DNA of 64,000 nt from Macrostomum lignano. Its lineage: Eukaryota. Location: the NCBI GenBank assembly GCA_002269645.1, contig NIVC01001745.1, forward strand, positions 62,001 to 126,000, read 5' to 3'. The notes under the pieces are model-generated. The model did no database searches. It was not told the origin of the DNA and worked only from the letters and a program-made list of their open reading frames with translations. The position numbers were made by a program, and so were the translations under genes. Positions 1-18,687 of the stretch are shown piece by piece (position 1 is the stretch's first letter; each line of letters begins with the position of its first letter).

Positions 1-299
1 TTGAATTTTATCTCTGAAAAAATAGTGTCTATTTTTATTTTTTTCACTCAATTTGTTATAGTGTAGTGAGAGTGCCACATCAGTTTACTTTTTTTAAAAA
101 ATGCTGACTAATGGTGCCACCTACCCCTCACCACCCACTTTTTGATTCACTGTTGTTCCCTCATTGTTGATTACTACTAGCTGTATATTCTTTACTTGTT
201 TACCTATACTAATTTCTACTAATCTGTGTTGTCTCAATTCTGAAGGTAACTACAGCTGCTAATATCAATTAGTTTTGATAGGATTATAATTTTTTCCAT

Positions 300-850
300 G
301 GTTATATTTTTGATAAATTGTTGAATTTTTAATTTAAGCTTCATTTCAATTTTCTCCTTATTACCCCCCTCAGTCTCCAAATTTATCTACCTAATCTTCC
401 ATAGACCCCCATGCCTTTATTCAAGTTTAGGTATGTAAAATCAATCCCCATGAAAATTTTCCCCACCCTAAAATCCCACATTCCCCATGCCCCAGTTGTT
501 GACAATTGTTAGCCCCTCCCGAGACCTTCCCTCAGTCCATGAGTTTATCTACCTAATCTTCAATAGACTTCTATGCCTCTATTGAAGTTTAGGTACATAA
601 AATAAATCCCCATGAAGATTCTTCCTGCTCTAACATCCCCATTCCCTATGCCTTGGTTGTTGGTAATTGTTAGCCCCCCCTTTGAGACTTGCCTCCCACC
701 CCCTCAGTCTCTGAATTTATCTACCTAATCTTCAATAGACCCTTATACCTCTATTGAAGTTTAGGTACATAAAATCAATCCCCATAAAGAATCTCCCCAC
801 CCTAAAACTCCCCATTCCCTATACCCTCGTAGTTGGCTTTAAGCTACAAA
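300..850. repeat. Degenerate ~165-170 bp module, three tandem copies
   Basis: TTTATCTACCTAATCTTC...AAGTTTAGGTA...AATCCCCAT recurs at 382, 544 and 716 (spacing 162 and 172). Confidence 0.65.
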
Positions 851-3574
851 AAAATGAAGCTCAAATTTTGAAATCAGCATTATCAAAAACCCATAAACAC
901 AAATATAATGATCCTATTAAAACTGCAACTATTTTATCTACCTAAAGTTCAAGAAGGCCATTTTTCAATCCCTGTCATACTATTATACAATAAGCCAAAA
1001 TTTAAATTCACATCGTTGTACATAGACATCTTTCTGCACTATGGCAAAAAACTATAGAAAAAATTATGATCCTATCAAATCTGCAACTACTTTTATTATC
1101 TACCTAAAGTTCAAAAAGTCCATAATGTTTAGCATATGCCACACTCCAGATCATGTAATATATGTCCAAAAATTTGGGCATGCATTGGCCTTGCATGCCA
1201 AAATTAGGCGTGCACAATTGGCATGCATCACTCTGAGAAAATAGTATGCATGCATACCTAGTGCGCACTTTATAGAATCACACGTAAAAGTTATTGTGAA
1301 ATAGAAAAAAGATGAAAAAAGTTCATTTTAAAGTGCAAATTTCAGCTTTCCAGTTTTTTCAAGGTCGTAAAGATCATTTAAACAAATCTTTACGTGTATA
1401 AATTTTCCACTATAAATTGTATAGCCAAAAAAGCATAAAAAACAACTAAATCATTTGGCAATAAGGGTTTATTACGCAATTTAAAAAAGGTATTTTATTG
1501 TCACAATATAAAAAAAGGTCATTTATTGTTGCAACAGTAGCGTATTTTTGAGAATGGGTGTGCACTATATTTTTTTCGGCATGCATTTATAAATATTCAA
1601 TTTTTGTTTGGGTATGCACCCAGCATGATCGAGACTATGGAGCATATAGCAATTGTCAAGTTTGGTTTATTAAATTATTTTGACTCCAAAAAAGTAAGGT
1701 ACAAACTATTTTAAGTACAAATAGCTATTTTATATATGGTACACTGGAAAAAGTGATATCCTCGCCATAAATTCAAGTTTATACCAGAAAAACAAATGTA
1801 CTTATGATATATATGTTATGTGCTAGCAATTGTTAAATTTTGTTCAATAAATAATTTTGACTTAGAAAAGTAAACTATGAACTAGGCCTATTTCAAATAC
1901 AAACAAATATTTTTAAGAGACTTAAGTCCAATTAAGCACTAATTCAATGCTTCAAAACTTGTTATAATGTATCTAACCCTAGAAAGCTACAATAGTCTAT
2001 GGCCAAAACATTTGAAATTTTTTTGACTTGAAAAAAGGTCTATGGTCAAGTCTAAGCATCAATGATTTTTAACAAGTTGACAAATAACAAATGACTAAAA
2101 GTAAAGTCCTAAATTTAGCAAGGCTATGCTGCGCGCCATGCATAGGACTTTACAAGCCCTATTCAAAACATACTTAGAGGAATTATAGCATCAACTGAAG
2201 CCAGTGAAGCCATTTGGGAATGTTTAATTATAGATTTCACACTACTATAACGTGTAAAGCTTTTGCTGTTCATTGGCAGTTTGACCATAGACAATAATAT
2301 TTTTTATTTGTTTCTGTTAAGACTTATTCACTAGTTAACATTTTGACCATAGACTTTTGTAGCTTTTTGATGTCAGATGCATTATAACAAATTTTAAAAC
2401 ATAAAATTAGTGCCCGATTAAGCTTAAGCCTCTTAATTAATAGATTTGAGTGTAGAACCCAGTTTTTTATTATACAAAAATCTCTTAAATTTCTATAAAC
2501 TTTACATCTAAATCTTGACATCTTTATCAAGGTTATAAATATAAGGGGTAATAGAAGCACAATTTTTTGAGTAAAAAGATTCAATAGAAAAAGAAAACCT
2601 AAACTTGTTTAAAATTAAGTTTTCTATCATCTATCAACTATTACTGTTAGGCCTAAGCTTTAAATGCCTTAAAAATATAAAATAATACATAAAAATCTTT
2701 AAAAATATCTTACTTCTTGCTTAGCTTTTCGCCTGGAGCAGACATGTTTCTTGCTGAAAACTGAAGACACTTATGTAAACTTAATATGTGATTTTGTGTT
2801 GTTGAAATGGTAGGCCTAGTGAAAGTAATTTGGCTACAACGAATTATAGAAGACACTAGTCTTTGCATGCGATGATGCAACCAGTATAGTGTGTATTAGG
2901 GTGATCAGATGAGTCAAAATGACACGGACTTTGCACTCAATGGTTCAATTTTAAACGATTAGCGACGTTAGCGCCAGCTCACTAGATCTTGATTTACAAT
3001 TAAACTACTGACGAAACAGCGCGAAAGTTGGTGCAAAAATTTTTTTTGAATATTTTTAAGTAAAATTTTCCCCAATTCGACTAGGTTTTTTTATAACACA
3101 ACACTGTAACTTTACAGCCTATTTAAAGCAACAGCTAAAAATGCGTTCCATTAGTTTATAGTTTTTGATGTAATGCTTGATGTAATATTTGGTTAAAAGT
3201 CCGTCGAGCTTTATATTAATTGGTAGAACGAACGAGAAGTAGAATATTCCGTGCTACTTTTAAAATTTTACGCGTGCAAGTTAACATCAAAGACTAAATG
3301 GATTTTGAATAAAAATTTCAGCTTCTAAAGAATTTATATGGATATTCGTGTTCCATGAAATACAGTACATTGTACCTGTATACGAGACAAAGAAAGTCCT
3401 AGGAATGCATCTTAATATGGGCTCCAACAAGAAGAAGACTGAAATGAATGAGTATTGGAGCACAGACAGCTCTTACATAACACCTTTTTTAAAGCAGCTG
3501 AAGCTCTCTCTAGGGATTACTACTTCAAATAGCTACTGGCCGGGTCTGCTCCGTTTTTATGACTTTCATCTCAA

Positions 3575-3650
3575 CAATTCCCCCCGTAAGCCTTGACAAC
3601 CCCCAGCAATTCCCCTGTAAGCCTGGACATCCCAGCAATTCCGCCCAAAA
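3575..3650. mobile_element. Short fragment of the Helitron internal module
   Basis: AATTCCCCCGTAAGCCTTGACA...CAGCAATTCCCCTGTAAGCC matches modules at ~16175-16205 and ~54228-54275. Confidence 0.5.
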
Positions 3651-4376
3651 TGATCAACTATCTTTTTTAATGCTCTCTTAATTTATCCATTGTAGAATTA
3701 ACTCTATCGAATGAATTTCAGCTAAAAGGCAAAAAATCCCAAAAATTACTAAGTAAAGACTTCTACTATAAAATTCAACAGAAACGCTTTGAAGGTCTGG
3801 GTGAGGCTGAAAAATGCTCTTAGACAGTTTGCTCAAGTCATAGTACTGTAAAATCTGTCAGGGAAGCCTTGCTTATCATAGCCGGCTGGAACGGTTTGTG
3901 GTCAACCATTTACTTCTTTCTTTCGGGAAAGATCAGGCTTAGATTTGGGTGTCACTGTGGCAAGCAGCGCTATAATGCTTTAATAAGCATTGACGAATAT
4001 CAACGGTTTGAGTCATTCTGGTGTGCGGTCTGACAATCAACGAATATTTATGAGTTATACTCGTACATGTAGGTAAAGCATCCGAATCTCAGCGCATAAT
4101 TGACTGACTGGTTGAATGTTTGGAATATCAGCTTCTGTAGACTGATAGAAAGGGCGAGTTTTCGATTGCCTGCACATTTACATTCATTTTCTGCTGGAAA
4201 ACGAAAAAACTTACAATGTAAAAGATAAAATATGATTATCGATGCTTTTCTGAATTCAACTTACATGTACATATATAGCACGTCAGAATAATTTACAATA
4301 AATAGGAATCGGTTCGTATCACCAAAACTACACTGTAGAGTTTATTAACTAACTGTTTGAGGTCATTAATTTGATC

Positions 4377-10756
<6,380 letters not shown>

Positions 10757-11919
10757 GTCAAAATAATGCACTAATATTAGAATTTGTAGCTAATGAATGT
10801 AAATTGAAATGACTGCAGATGAATTCAGTTGAAATTCAGTTTTATATCTTTTGTTTTCTTCTCAGACAATCGCAATACTTGATTTTATACTTTCTACATT
10901 TTGTAAAGCACGCTAATTATTTGGCCAGAGACGCTTAAAAGTAAGAGCATGGAGAAGCTGCAATAGTACTTCCACACTCAACTTCGTGGGCGAAAATCAG
11001 AGCCAAGAAGTCTGTGGACCAAAGTCTACACCCAACATGATGAATTTTATATCATTACTATTTTGTTGAATTTCATGGCGCCCTATAAGAATTTAAATAT
11101 TTTTGGAAGCTTAAATGGTGGAGTCAAAAGTCCAGCTTGTTTGGTAAGTTTAAGCGTAGCAAACCTGTGAACTTAAATTTATCAATTGAGGATTTTCACG
11201 AAACGATTCCAGAACCAGAATAATCGAAGAACAAAGTGCTATTTGGGTTCCGCTATCGTAATTCTACAATTCTGCAATTGGATTGTAATTGATAGCCATT
11301 ATTCAAAATTTTAATGTTTGAGTTGTACCTTCAAGAAAAAATAAACTCAAGAAAAAATAGAAATCGTATTTTTCCATCTCTTAAATTAGCAGCTGAAACT
11401 GTTTAGTCGAATTAGGCAAATTGTTCTGGTTTTGGAATCATGCAGAGTCGACGATATGGACATGTTCTTTGTCGCATTTTTTGGATAATTAAATTGACCG
11501 AATGAATGCGTGCACTAATAGTTTAGAAAGCTAACTAGAGATATAAAAATTAACAAATTAATAAAAATACTGACTTGGTTTATCAGTTGCATTTTGTGCT
11601 GCATCGCTTCTCCTTGCTTTTTCAGCTTAAATAGCGCCAGTTTCCACTCAGGGAGATAATTCCCTCCTTCGTTTTTCATTAGTGGTCCCGCGCATTTCCT
11701 CAGTCTGCACTAACACTCTTCTTACACTGTGCCTGCCCTGTGTGCTGTGGGCGCTTCCATTATTCCCCCCAATCTAATAGCTTTCTGCTACGCTAGTACA
11801 AATTGCGCTACAAACAGCCCATCAGCTGAGATCGGACCGGCGGGGCCCCGCTTCCCGTGACCCGTGTTACAAGCAAACCTCCGTTTCCACTCTCGTCCAA
11901 AAAAACATTTACCCCGCCG

Positions 11920-11955
11920 CGATTCTATTGGTTGAGCGAGGAAGTATATAAAGTC
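11920..11955 (+). promoter_or_regulatory. Putative cdc25 core promoter: inverted CCAAT, GGAAGT, TATATAAAG
   Basis: ATTGG 11927-11931, GGAAGT 11940-11945, TATATAAAG 11945-11953; a GTGAGT donor at 12094 and an acceptor at 12227 imply a non-coding first exon. Confidence 0.45.
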
Positions 11956-12255
11956 CTAACGCCGGGCCTCTCACAGCCGCCCCGCTTCGTCTCTCTCCGG
12001 CTTGACCGCTGGTTGTCTGTCGGTGTTAAAACCATTCACCAAGTGAGCTGGCTGGCACTAGGTTAGGTTGGTTTAGGCAAGAAACTTTCAGCCGTGAGTT
12101 TTCTATAGCTGCGAGCTTATTTTTAATTTTAATTTGCTTCTTGGTTTTTGTCAATTCGATTCCCACTATTCAACAAGAAGCAAGAACTGGCTATTTTAAA
12201 TTCGAAACATTGATACTTCACTTAACAGCTGATTGAGCCAGTGCCAGCAATAATA

Positions 12256-15002
12256 ATGTCTGCAAGCAAAAGTGGCACAGCTACAAAAACAGACCAGCTC
12301 CAACCTGGCATTCTATCAGTTGATAAACTGCTTTCTACCAAGCGCTGCAGCAGCAGCAGCAGTGGCAGCGCCACATCTACTGGCCTCAACAATGGTCTAC
12401 CATTGTCCCAGCCACTTGGCAACGAGAATACTAGCAACTCAACACCACCAGCTGGGCTCTGTCTAGACTGTGACACATGCGACAGTGACGATAGTGTGCA
12501 CCAGTTCATGATGAGTGGCAGCACAGCAATGCCCTCCTGTGCACCAAACCATAACTATGAAGACTTTCTTAACTGTCAGCTGCAGGATGAGGATGATGAA
12601 AATGAACTGGAGATTCTGGGAACTGTCCGAACTGTGAGTTAATTCCTTATTCTTTATTCTAAACTGATATTTTTTGTTTTGCTTAGGCCTAGTTATTGAT
12701 TATTTGTATAGCTAACTAGGTCTTATAGTTATAAGAGCCTATCTAGATTTAAATTAAATCAATTAGACCAAGATGCCAATAGCCTATCAAAAGTGAATAA
12801 ATAAATAGACTAATGAATAAATACTTTTTTCAAAAGCAGTATTTCCTATTTTTATTGTTTTTATAGTTTTTCTATTTATAGCATTGCATTAAGCCTAGCA
12901 TAGAAAAAAAATGAGTTGGGTTTACTTCATCATTTGGCAAATTTTGTTTAAACAGAAACTATTTTAGTTAGGAAAGATTGACCTATTTATTGAATTTTTA
13001 CACTGTTGTAAAGGCAAAAGCGGGACTTATATTGTATTAGGAATATTACAAGAAGCTAAAAGCAAGGCAATTGTAAATTTAAGTATTTAATATTCCTTAA
13101 AATAAAAAAGCTGGGAATCTGGCCATTGGCTACTAAACTCTTATTATCCCTAATAACTCTTAATGACCCCTTTCATTTTTTCTTGGTTCCTATTAAAAAT
13201 AATAATTGGTTGAGAAAAGATAGAAACTTGAATATGCCTCATTAATCTCTTGTTTATCTTTAATAAGTCTACTATAATTTCACTGATTTGAAGTAAGATT
13301 GAATGAAACACTGATTCCCAATTGCTAACATCCAATACCCATCACCCAGCGTCCGCCTTCGCCTCGCCGCCCAATCGCCGTCACAATTCCATTCCGAGCC
13401 GTTGCTTCTGAGCCAGCCACGGCTGCCTTGGCTGCCAAGAGTCGGCAGAGCAAGAAGCGCCAGACTGAGGACAGCCGGTCGCCTGCAGCTTCCAGCCAGT
13501 CCAGCGCCGACTGCAGCGAAGACGAAGAATCCAAGCGCAGACGAGTAGCTTTAACGCCTTTAGGAGATTCAACAAATATTTCTAGCCCGAGTGGTGCCAA
13601 CCAGTCTAAGCTGGGCCGCTGCATGAGCGAGTGCACTAATTTGAACCGAGTTGCTGACAGCACAGCCCGTATTGATAAAGCTATCGCTTCCATTGATTCT
13701 TTGAACCTGATTGGCAACTCCGAGCAGACTCACTCGCTGCCCACTGTCAAGTCTCTAGACTATGGCATTCGGTCTGTGACCGCCGACACCTTAGCTGGGC
13801 TTTTAAATGGCCAATTCGCCAACTCTGTAGCCAGTTACATCATAGTGGACTGTCGCTACCCGTTCGAATTCCGTGGCGGCCATGTTCGCGGAGCGGTGAA
13901 TCTCTACAGGCCGGAAGTGCTGCTTGACCGGCTGCTTCCGGCGGCTGGTGGTAGCTTGCCTGCAGCCGGGGACCGAGTAGTGATCATTTTCCACTGCGAG
14001 TTCAGCAGCCAGCGGGCTCCTAGGATGGCTCGATTGTTGAGACAGCGAGATCGGGAACTTAATGCTCAAAATTATCCGCAGCTGCACTACCCGGAGCTCT
14101 ACCTGCTGCAGGGCGGATACAAGGCGTTTTACGAGAGTCACCAGGTAGCCATTTTTTGTTTTGATTCTGACAGCTTCAGTAGAATTTGTCGTCTTTTGGC
14201 AATTGGGGCGCTGTCGCAGGCCATTGAAAACTGAGATGCTAGCTGGGCATCAGTAAAAAATATCAGCATGTCTATCAAACCTTTATGCTCCTGAGCCTCT
14301 CTGGCCCACAGAAGCTGTAGAAGTCTGCAAAATCCAATGTTAAAATGTTTACAGATCTTACTCACAGATTTGACAATTATCAAGCATGGAATCAAGCCTT
14401 GCGAATTCCAGTTGTTGCTAAGGTGGGGAATTCCAGGAATACAGGTATTCTCAGGATGGGGATTACAGTTGTTTATAGGTTGGGGAATTCCAGTTGTTGC
14501 TAAGGTGGGAATTTCCAGTTGTTTGCTATTGGGACGAATTCCAGGTGTTGCTAAGATGGAGAATTCCAGGTGTTCACATGGTGGGTATTACAGGTGTTTA
14601 TAGGATGGGGAAGTCCAAGTGGTCATATGATAGGGAATTCCAGTTGTTGCTAAGGTGGGGAATTCCAGTTGTTTACTATTGATATTGTGGGGAATTCCAG
14701 TTGTTTGCTATTGATATTGTGGGGAATTTCAGTTGTTTGCTATTGATATTGTGGGAAATCCAATTTGTTGCTAAGCTGGGGAATTCCAGCCTTACATGTC
14801 GAAAAATGGAAACCCAAACCTGCTCAACATACAATCCGCACAGGGGCACTGCGAGCCGTGCGGCTACACAAAAATGTGCGACCCCAACTACTCGCAGCAG
14901 TTGGTCCACTTTGACAAGCTCGGCCGGGCCTGGGAGCGCCAGAATTCCCGGTCGAAGCATTCTCGACTGCAGCGACTAGCGGGGTCGCCTCGACTCGAGT
15001 GA
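12256..15002 (+). CDS. cdc25: M-phase inducer phosphatase Cdc25 (~443 aa)
   Basis: Exons 12256-12633, 13350-14144, 14844-15002 (all phase 0). Motifs IIVDCRYPFEFRGGHVRGAVN, catalytic IFHCEFSSQRAP (HCX5R), LHYPELYLLQGGYKAFY, HCEPCGY. Confidence 0.95.
14400..14790. repeat. Degenerate ~25-bp repeat (GGGAATTCCAGTTGTTGCTAAGGTG) in cdc25 intron 2
   Basis: About 12 divergent copies between the donor at 14145 and the acceptor at 14843. Confidence 0.8.
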
Positions 15003-16074
15003 GATTCGATCGAGAGAGTTTTTTTAAGCGGCAGGATCGACCGTGAAATTTGGAAGCAGTTTAGCCTAACGAATAGACACTAATATACACATAGCAATAT
15101 TATATAATGACACAACTGTGACAATCATACTACTGCATACCGAGAGTAGTGTCATACAGGTCATATTTTGTTAGTAATTTTTCAATTAGATAGTCGTAAG
15201 TATCTATATTAGTCTAGTTTATATATTATAAATTATAGCAATATTTTATTATACACATTTCGAGCCCAATAATATTTGTTTTTATTAATCCCCTTTATCA
15301 TCAGAGGCTTTAATATAATCTTACTACTGCAATATCAATGTCCAAAAATGCAGGTTGCACAAATTAATATTAATTTTTACTTTTTTTCTGTATTGTTTTA
15401 TTTAGCTATTCTAACTGACTATTGTCCTGGTGTTGTTTTATTAACTAATATTAACGTATTTAATAGTGATCGGCTGCTCATATCTTTAATATCAAAATAT
15501 TATCATTTTTAATATGCGGCATGCAATACCATTGCTACCAGTAGATGCAATTTCGTCACAGCAAGTCGCATTTTAGTTACCAAACCCCTATTGTGCTACT
15601 TTGGCAAGTAAGTAGTACGCGTGATTATTTTAAAAAAAGACCTTTCGCCTGTCGGGGCTTTCTAAGGCAGCTCAGTGAGTTGAGCTAATAATTTTGCATT
15701 CTATTATTATTATTATTAACCAGCTGTACGGCCAATTGCACTTTAATCTCTGCTCTTTTATTTCTCTTTTTTATCTCAGCTGCCGCCCATCTCTATGGCT
15801 CCCCGATTGCACAGTGATGCAAATGATGATGATAAATAAAAACTGAATATTGAAAACAATATGCAGCGATTCGCGATCGACTGGAGCAAGCCAAGGCGCA
15901 GCGCCGCCTGGAAACCATTTTTTAATAAACTGTGGAATTGCGCAAATGATTTGCATGCGAACGCTTTAATAACTTGCCTAGGAAATTTGTCTCCTTTGTT
16001 AATAATGAGCTAAGATAGTTAATTTTTATGGATTACTAGCCTAGCCAATGTGAATTAGACATGAATAGAATGGA

Positions 16075-16302
16075 CTAGCAATCAGTGCCCCCCCCCCGTT
16101 GGGGAGCCAACAAAGAATGGAATACAAGTTTTTTAATAAACTACATGTATAGCTTCTCCTTGCAAAAACCTCAGCAATTATTCCCCTTGTAAGCCTTGAC
16201 ATCGTAGGCATTCCCAAATGAATCTTCTATGTTCGACATGACGCTTCTGTCACATGTATCTCTGACATTACGCTTTTATTTTTTACATGACGCTTCTATC
16301 AG
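16075..16302 (-). mobile_element. Helitron 3' terminus and internal module (same family as 53814-57598)
   Basis: On the minus strand: GCTCCCC-AAC-GGGGGG hairpin followed by ...GATTGCTAG|T; the adjoining ~220 bp match the modules at 53819-54880. Confidence 0.7.
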
Positions 16303-17272
16303 CGCTCCAATCACAGCAGGGTGAGCTGCAGCTCAGAGCTGCTGGTCAATCTCAGCAGGGCCGTGAGCTGGAGCTCAGAGCTGCCAGCCAATCACAGCAG
16401 GGTGAGCTGCAGCTCAGAGCTGCTGGCCAATCTCAGCAGGATGAGCTGGAGCTCAGAGCTGCCAGCCAATCACAGCAGGGTGAGCTGCAGCTCAGAGCTG
16501 CTGGCAAATCTCAGCAGGGTGAGCTGGAGCGCAGAGCTGCTAGCCAATCACAGCAGGGTGAGTTGGAGCTCAGAGCTGCTGGCCAATCTCAGCAGGGCCG
16601 TGAGCTGGAGCGCAGAGCTGCTAGCCAATCACAGAAGGGTGAGTTGGAGCTCAGAGCTGCCAGCCAATCACAGCAGGGTGAGCTGGAGCGCAGAGCTGCT
16701 GGCCAATCTCAGCAGGGTGAGCTGGAGCTCAGAGCTGCCAGCCAATCACAGCAGGGTGAGCTGGAGCTCAGAGCTGCTGGCCAATCTTAGCAGGGTGAGC
16801 TGGAGCTCAGAGCTGCCAGCCAATCACAGCAGGGTGAGCTTGAGCTCAGAGCTGCTGGCCAATCTCAGCAGGGCCGTGAGCTGGAGCTCAGAGCTGCCAG
16901 CCAATCACAGCAGGGTGAGCTGCAGCTCAGAGCTGCTGGCCAATCTCAGCAGGGTGAGCTGCAGCTCAGAGCTGCCAGCCAATCACAGCAGGGTGAGCTG
17001 CAGCTCAGAGCTGCTGGCCAATCTCAGCAGGGCCGTGAGCTGGAGCGCAGAGCTGCTAGCCAATCACAGCAGGGTGAGTTGGAGCTCAGAGCTGCTGGCC
17101 AATCTCAGCAAGGGTGAGCTGGAGCTCAGAGCTGCCAGCCAATCACAGCAGGGTGAGCTGGAGCTGAGAGCTGCCAGCCAATCACAGCAGGGTGAGCTGG
17201 AGCTCAGAGCTGCTGGCCAATCACAGCAGGGTGAGCTGGAGCTCAGAGCTGCCAACCAATCATAACTCGGTA
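16303..17272. repeat. 39-bp minisatellite (GAGCTGGAGCTCAGAGCTGCCAGCCAATCACAGCAGGGT)n, ~24 copies with 42-bp variants
   Basis: Direct tandem repeat; produces the repetitive ORFs 16287-16790 and 16321-17265. Confidence 0.95.
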
Positions 17273-18135
17273 AGCTGGAGCTCTGCCCAGATTGCCAACA
17301 CTCACTCAACAAAGTTCTAACCTAGCTTGAATATTAACTTTATTTTCTGGCACTTTGTGCTCAAATCACCAGATGTTTCTTGCGCGAACAATTTAAGATA
17401 AATTTTCAAAAAATCCATTTGATGACAGCATTGGATTCTTGCACGTAGACTTAGGTGACCATAACGAGCGTAAAATCACTAAATGATTTTTTATGCAACA
17501 AAATTGAAAGGATTTCATGAAGTCTCTTGTTCTCAATGCGACAGAAGATATAAAAATTGCACCTAAATAGAGGAAAATCAATTTGTTATAGAGCAGTAAA
17601 AGTTTAGCTCGTATCTGTAAGTTTTTTACCTTTCTAGAGCAGTGTGTACGAAATAGAATGGAAATTGCTATAATCTAGTCTATGTTATTAATTTATAAAA
17701 TGCATGACTATTTCAGAGAGTAAAATAACCGACATTGGGATCGCATTAAACACAATTCCACTTAAATCAGTTCAACAACTTCCTGCTTTAAAGTTAATAA
17801 AAATGTATTTAAAACAAGCACTGTAATGGAGTTCAAAGTAGTTTTTTATTAAATAAAAAAGCATTTTACTTTCAGCCGAAGAAAGAAATCATATAAAGTC
17901 ACTGCTTTAAAGCTTAAGGCCGCATATTCAGCATAAAAACTGCGGTAAGAAACTGCAGAAAATTTCACAACTAAACAAAAGTCAAAAGCTGCACAATGAG
18001 CAATGAATGAGAAGAGGTTGAGTGAACCAAGAATTTCACTCAGGGTGTGGAGATTTTACGAGCTAATGCATTTATTTTTATTATACATGTAGGCATGGGC
18101 TTGCGCACTTTAAGCGACATTGTCACACAACCGGC

Positions 18136-18360
18136 ACACAAGCGCGCGGATACGGATGCAGTCATACGCACAGGCACACACACACAGGAGTGTACAGCGG
18201 CCCTAACTTTATTTATCGCTAGGCATGTACACTTCACTGTGCCTTGGCCCTCAAGGCCGTTAATTGCAGGAGCAGAGCCAAGCCGAGATTCCAATTCAGC
18301 CCCAAATGAAGTGGCTGCACTTGGAGTCGAGCCTGGGCCGCTGGCACATCAGAGCACCGC
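18136..18360 (-). mobile_element. Second, 5'-truncated copy of the SINE-like repeat
   Basis: Reverse complement aligns to ~6375-6602 (ATGTGCCAGCGGCC...GGCTCGAyTCCAAGTGCA...GTGAAGTGTACATGCCTA...GTATCCGCGCGCTTGTGT). Confidence 0.65.
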
Positions 18361-18687
18361 TTCAATTCATTTGTACCTGATATCAGGAATTATTTTCATA
18401 GTTTTCTTAATTCTACATACAGACTGGATGTAAATCAGTTATCATTCTAAGAATCTAGTAAAGCACACAGAAAAAATTTTTGAATCAGACTAAAGCATAT
18501 CGGGAATTTAAAGTGGGGCAGTCGGTTTTGCCTACTGCTAAACGAAGCGAACAAATTGGCTTTCCTGGCATCAAATTTTGAGCACTTTTATTACTGGATT
18601 TCTCCGATGGATATTTTCTTTAACTATTTGTTGAAACAAACAATCAGCCAATGCTGTACTTGAATGATACGTGCAGGTCTTTTGGCA

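Noticed and set aside
1-3300. AT-rich region with short ORFs (754-945, 1041-1244, 2324-2584)
   Set aside because: Low-complexity AT-biased translations overlapping degenerate repeats; no coding signature.
16287-17265. Long ORFs (167 and 314 aa) through the 39-bp array
   Set aside because: The unit length is a multiple of 3 and lacks stops; no unique domain, splice context or start context.
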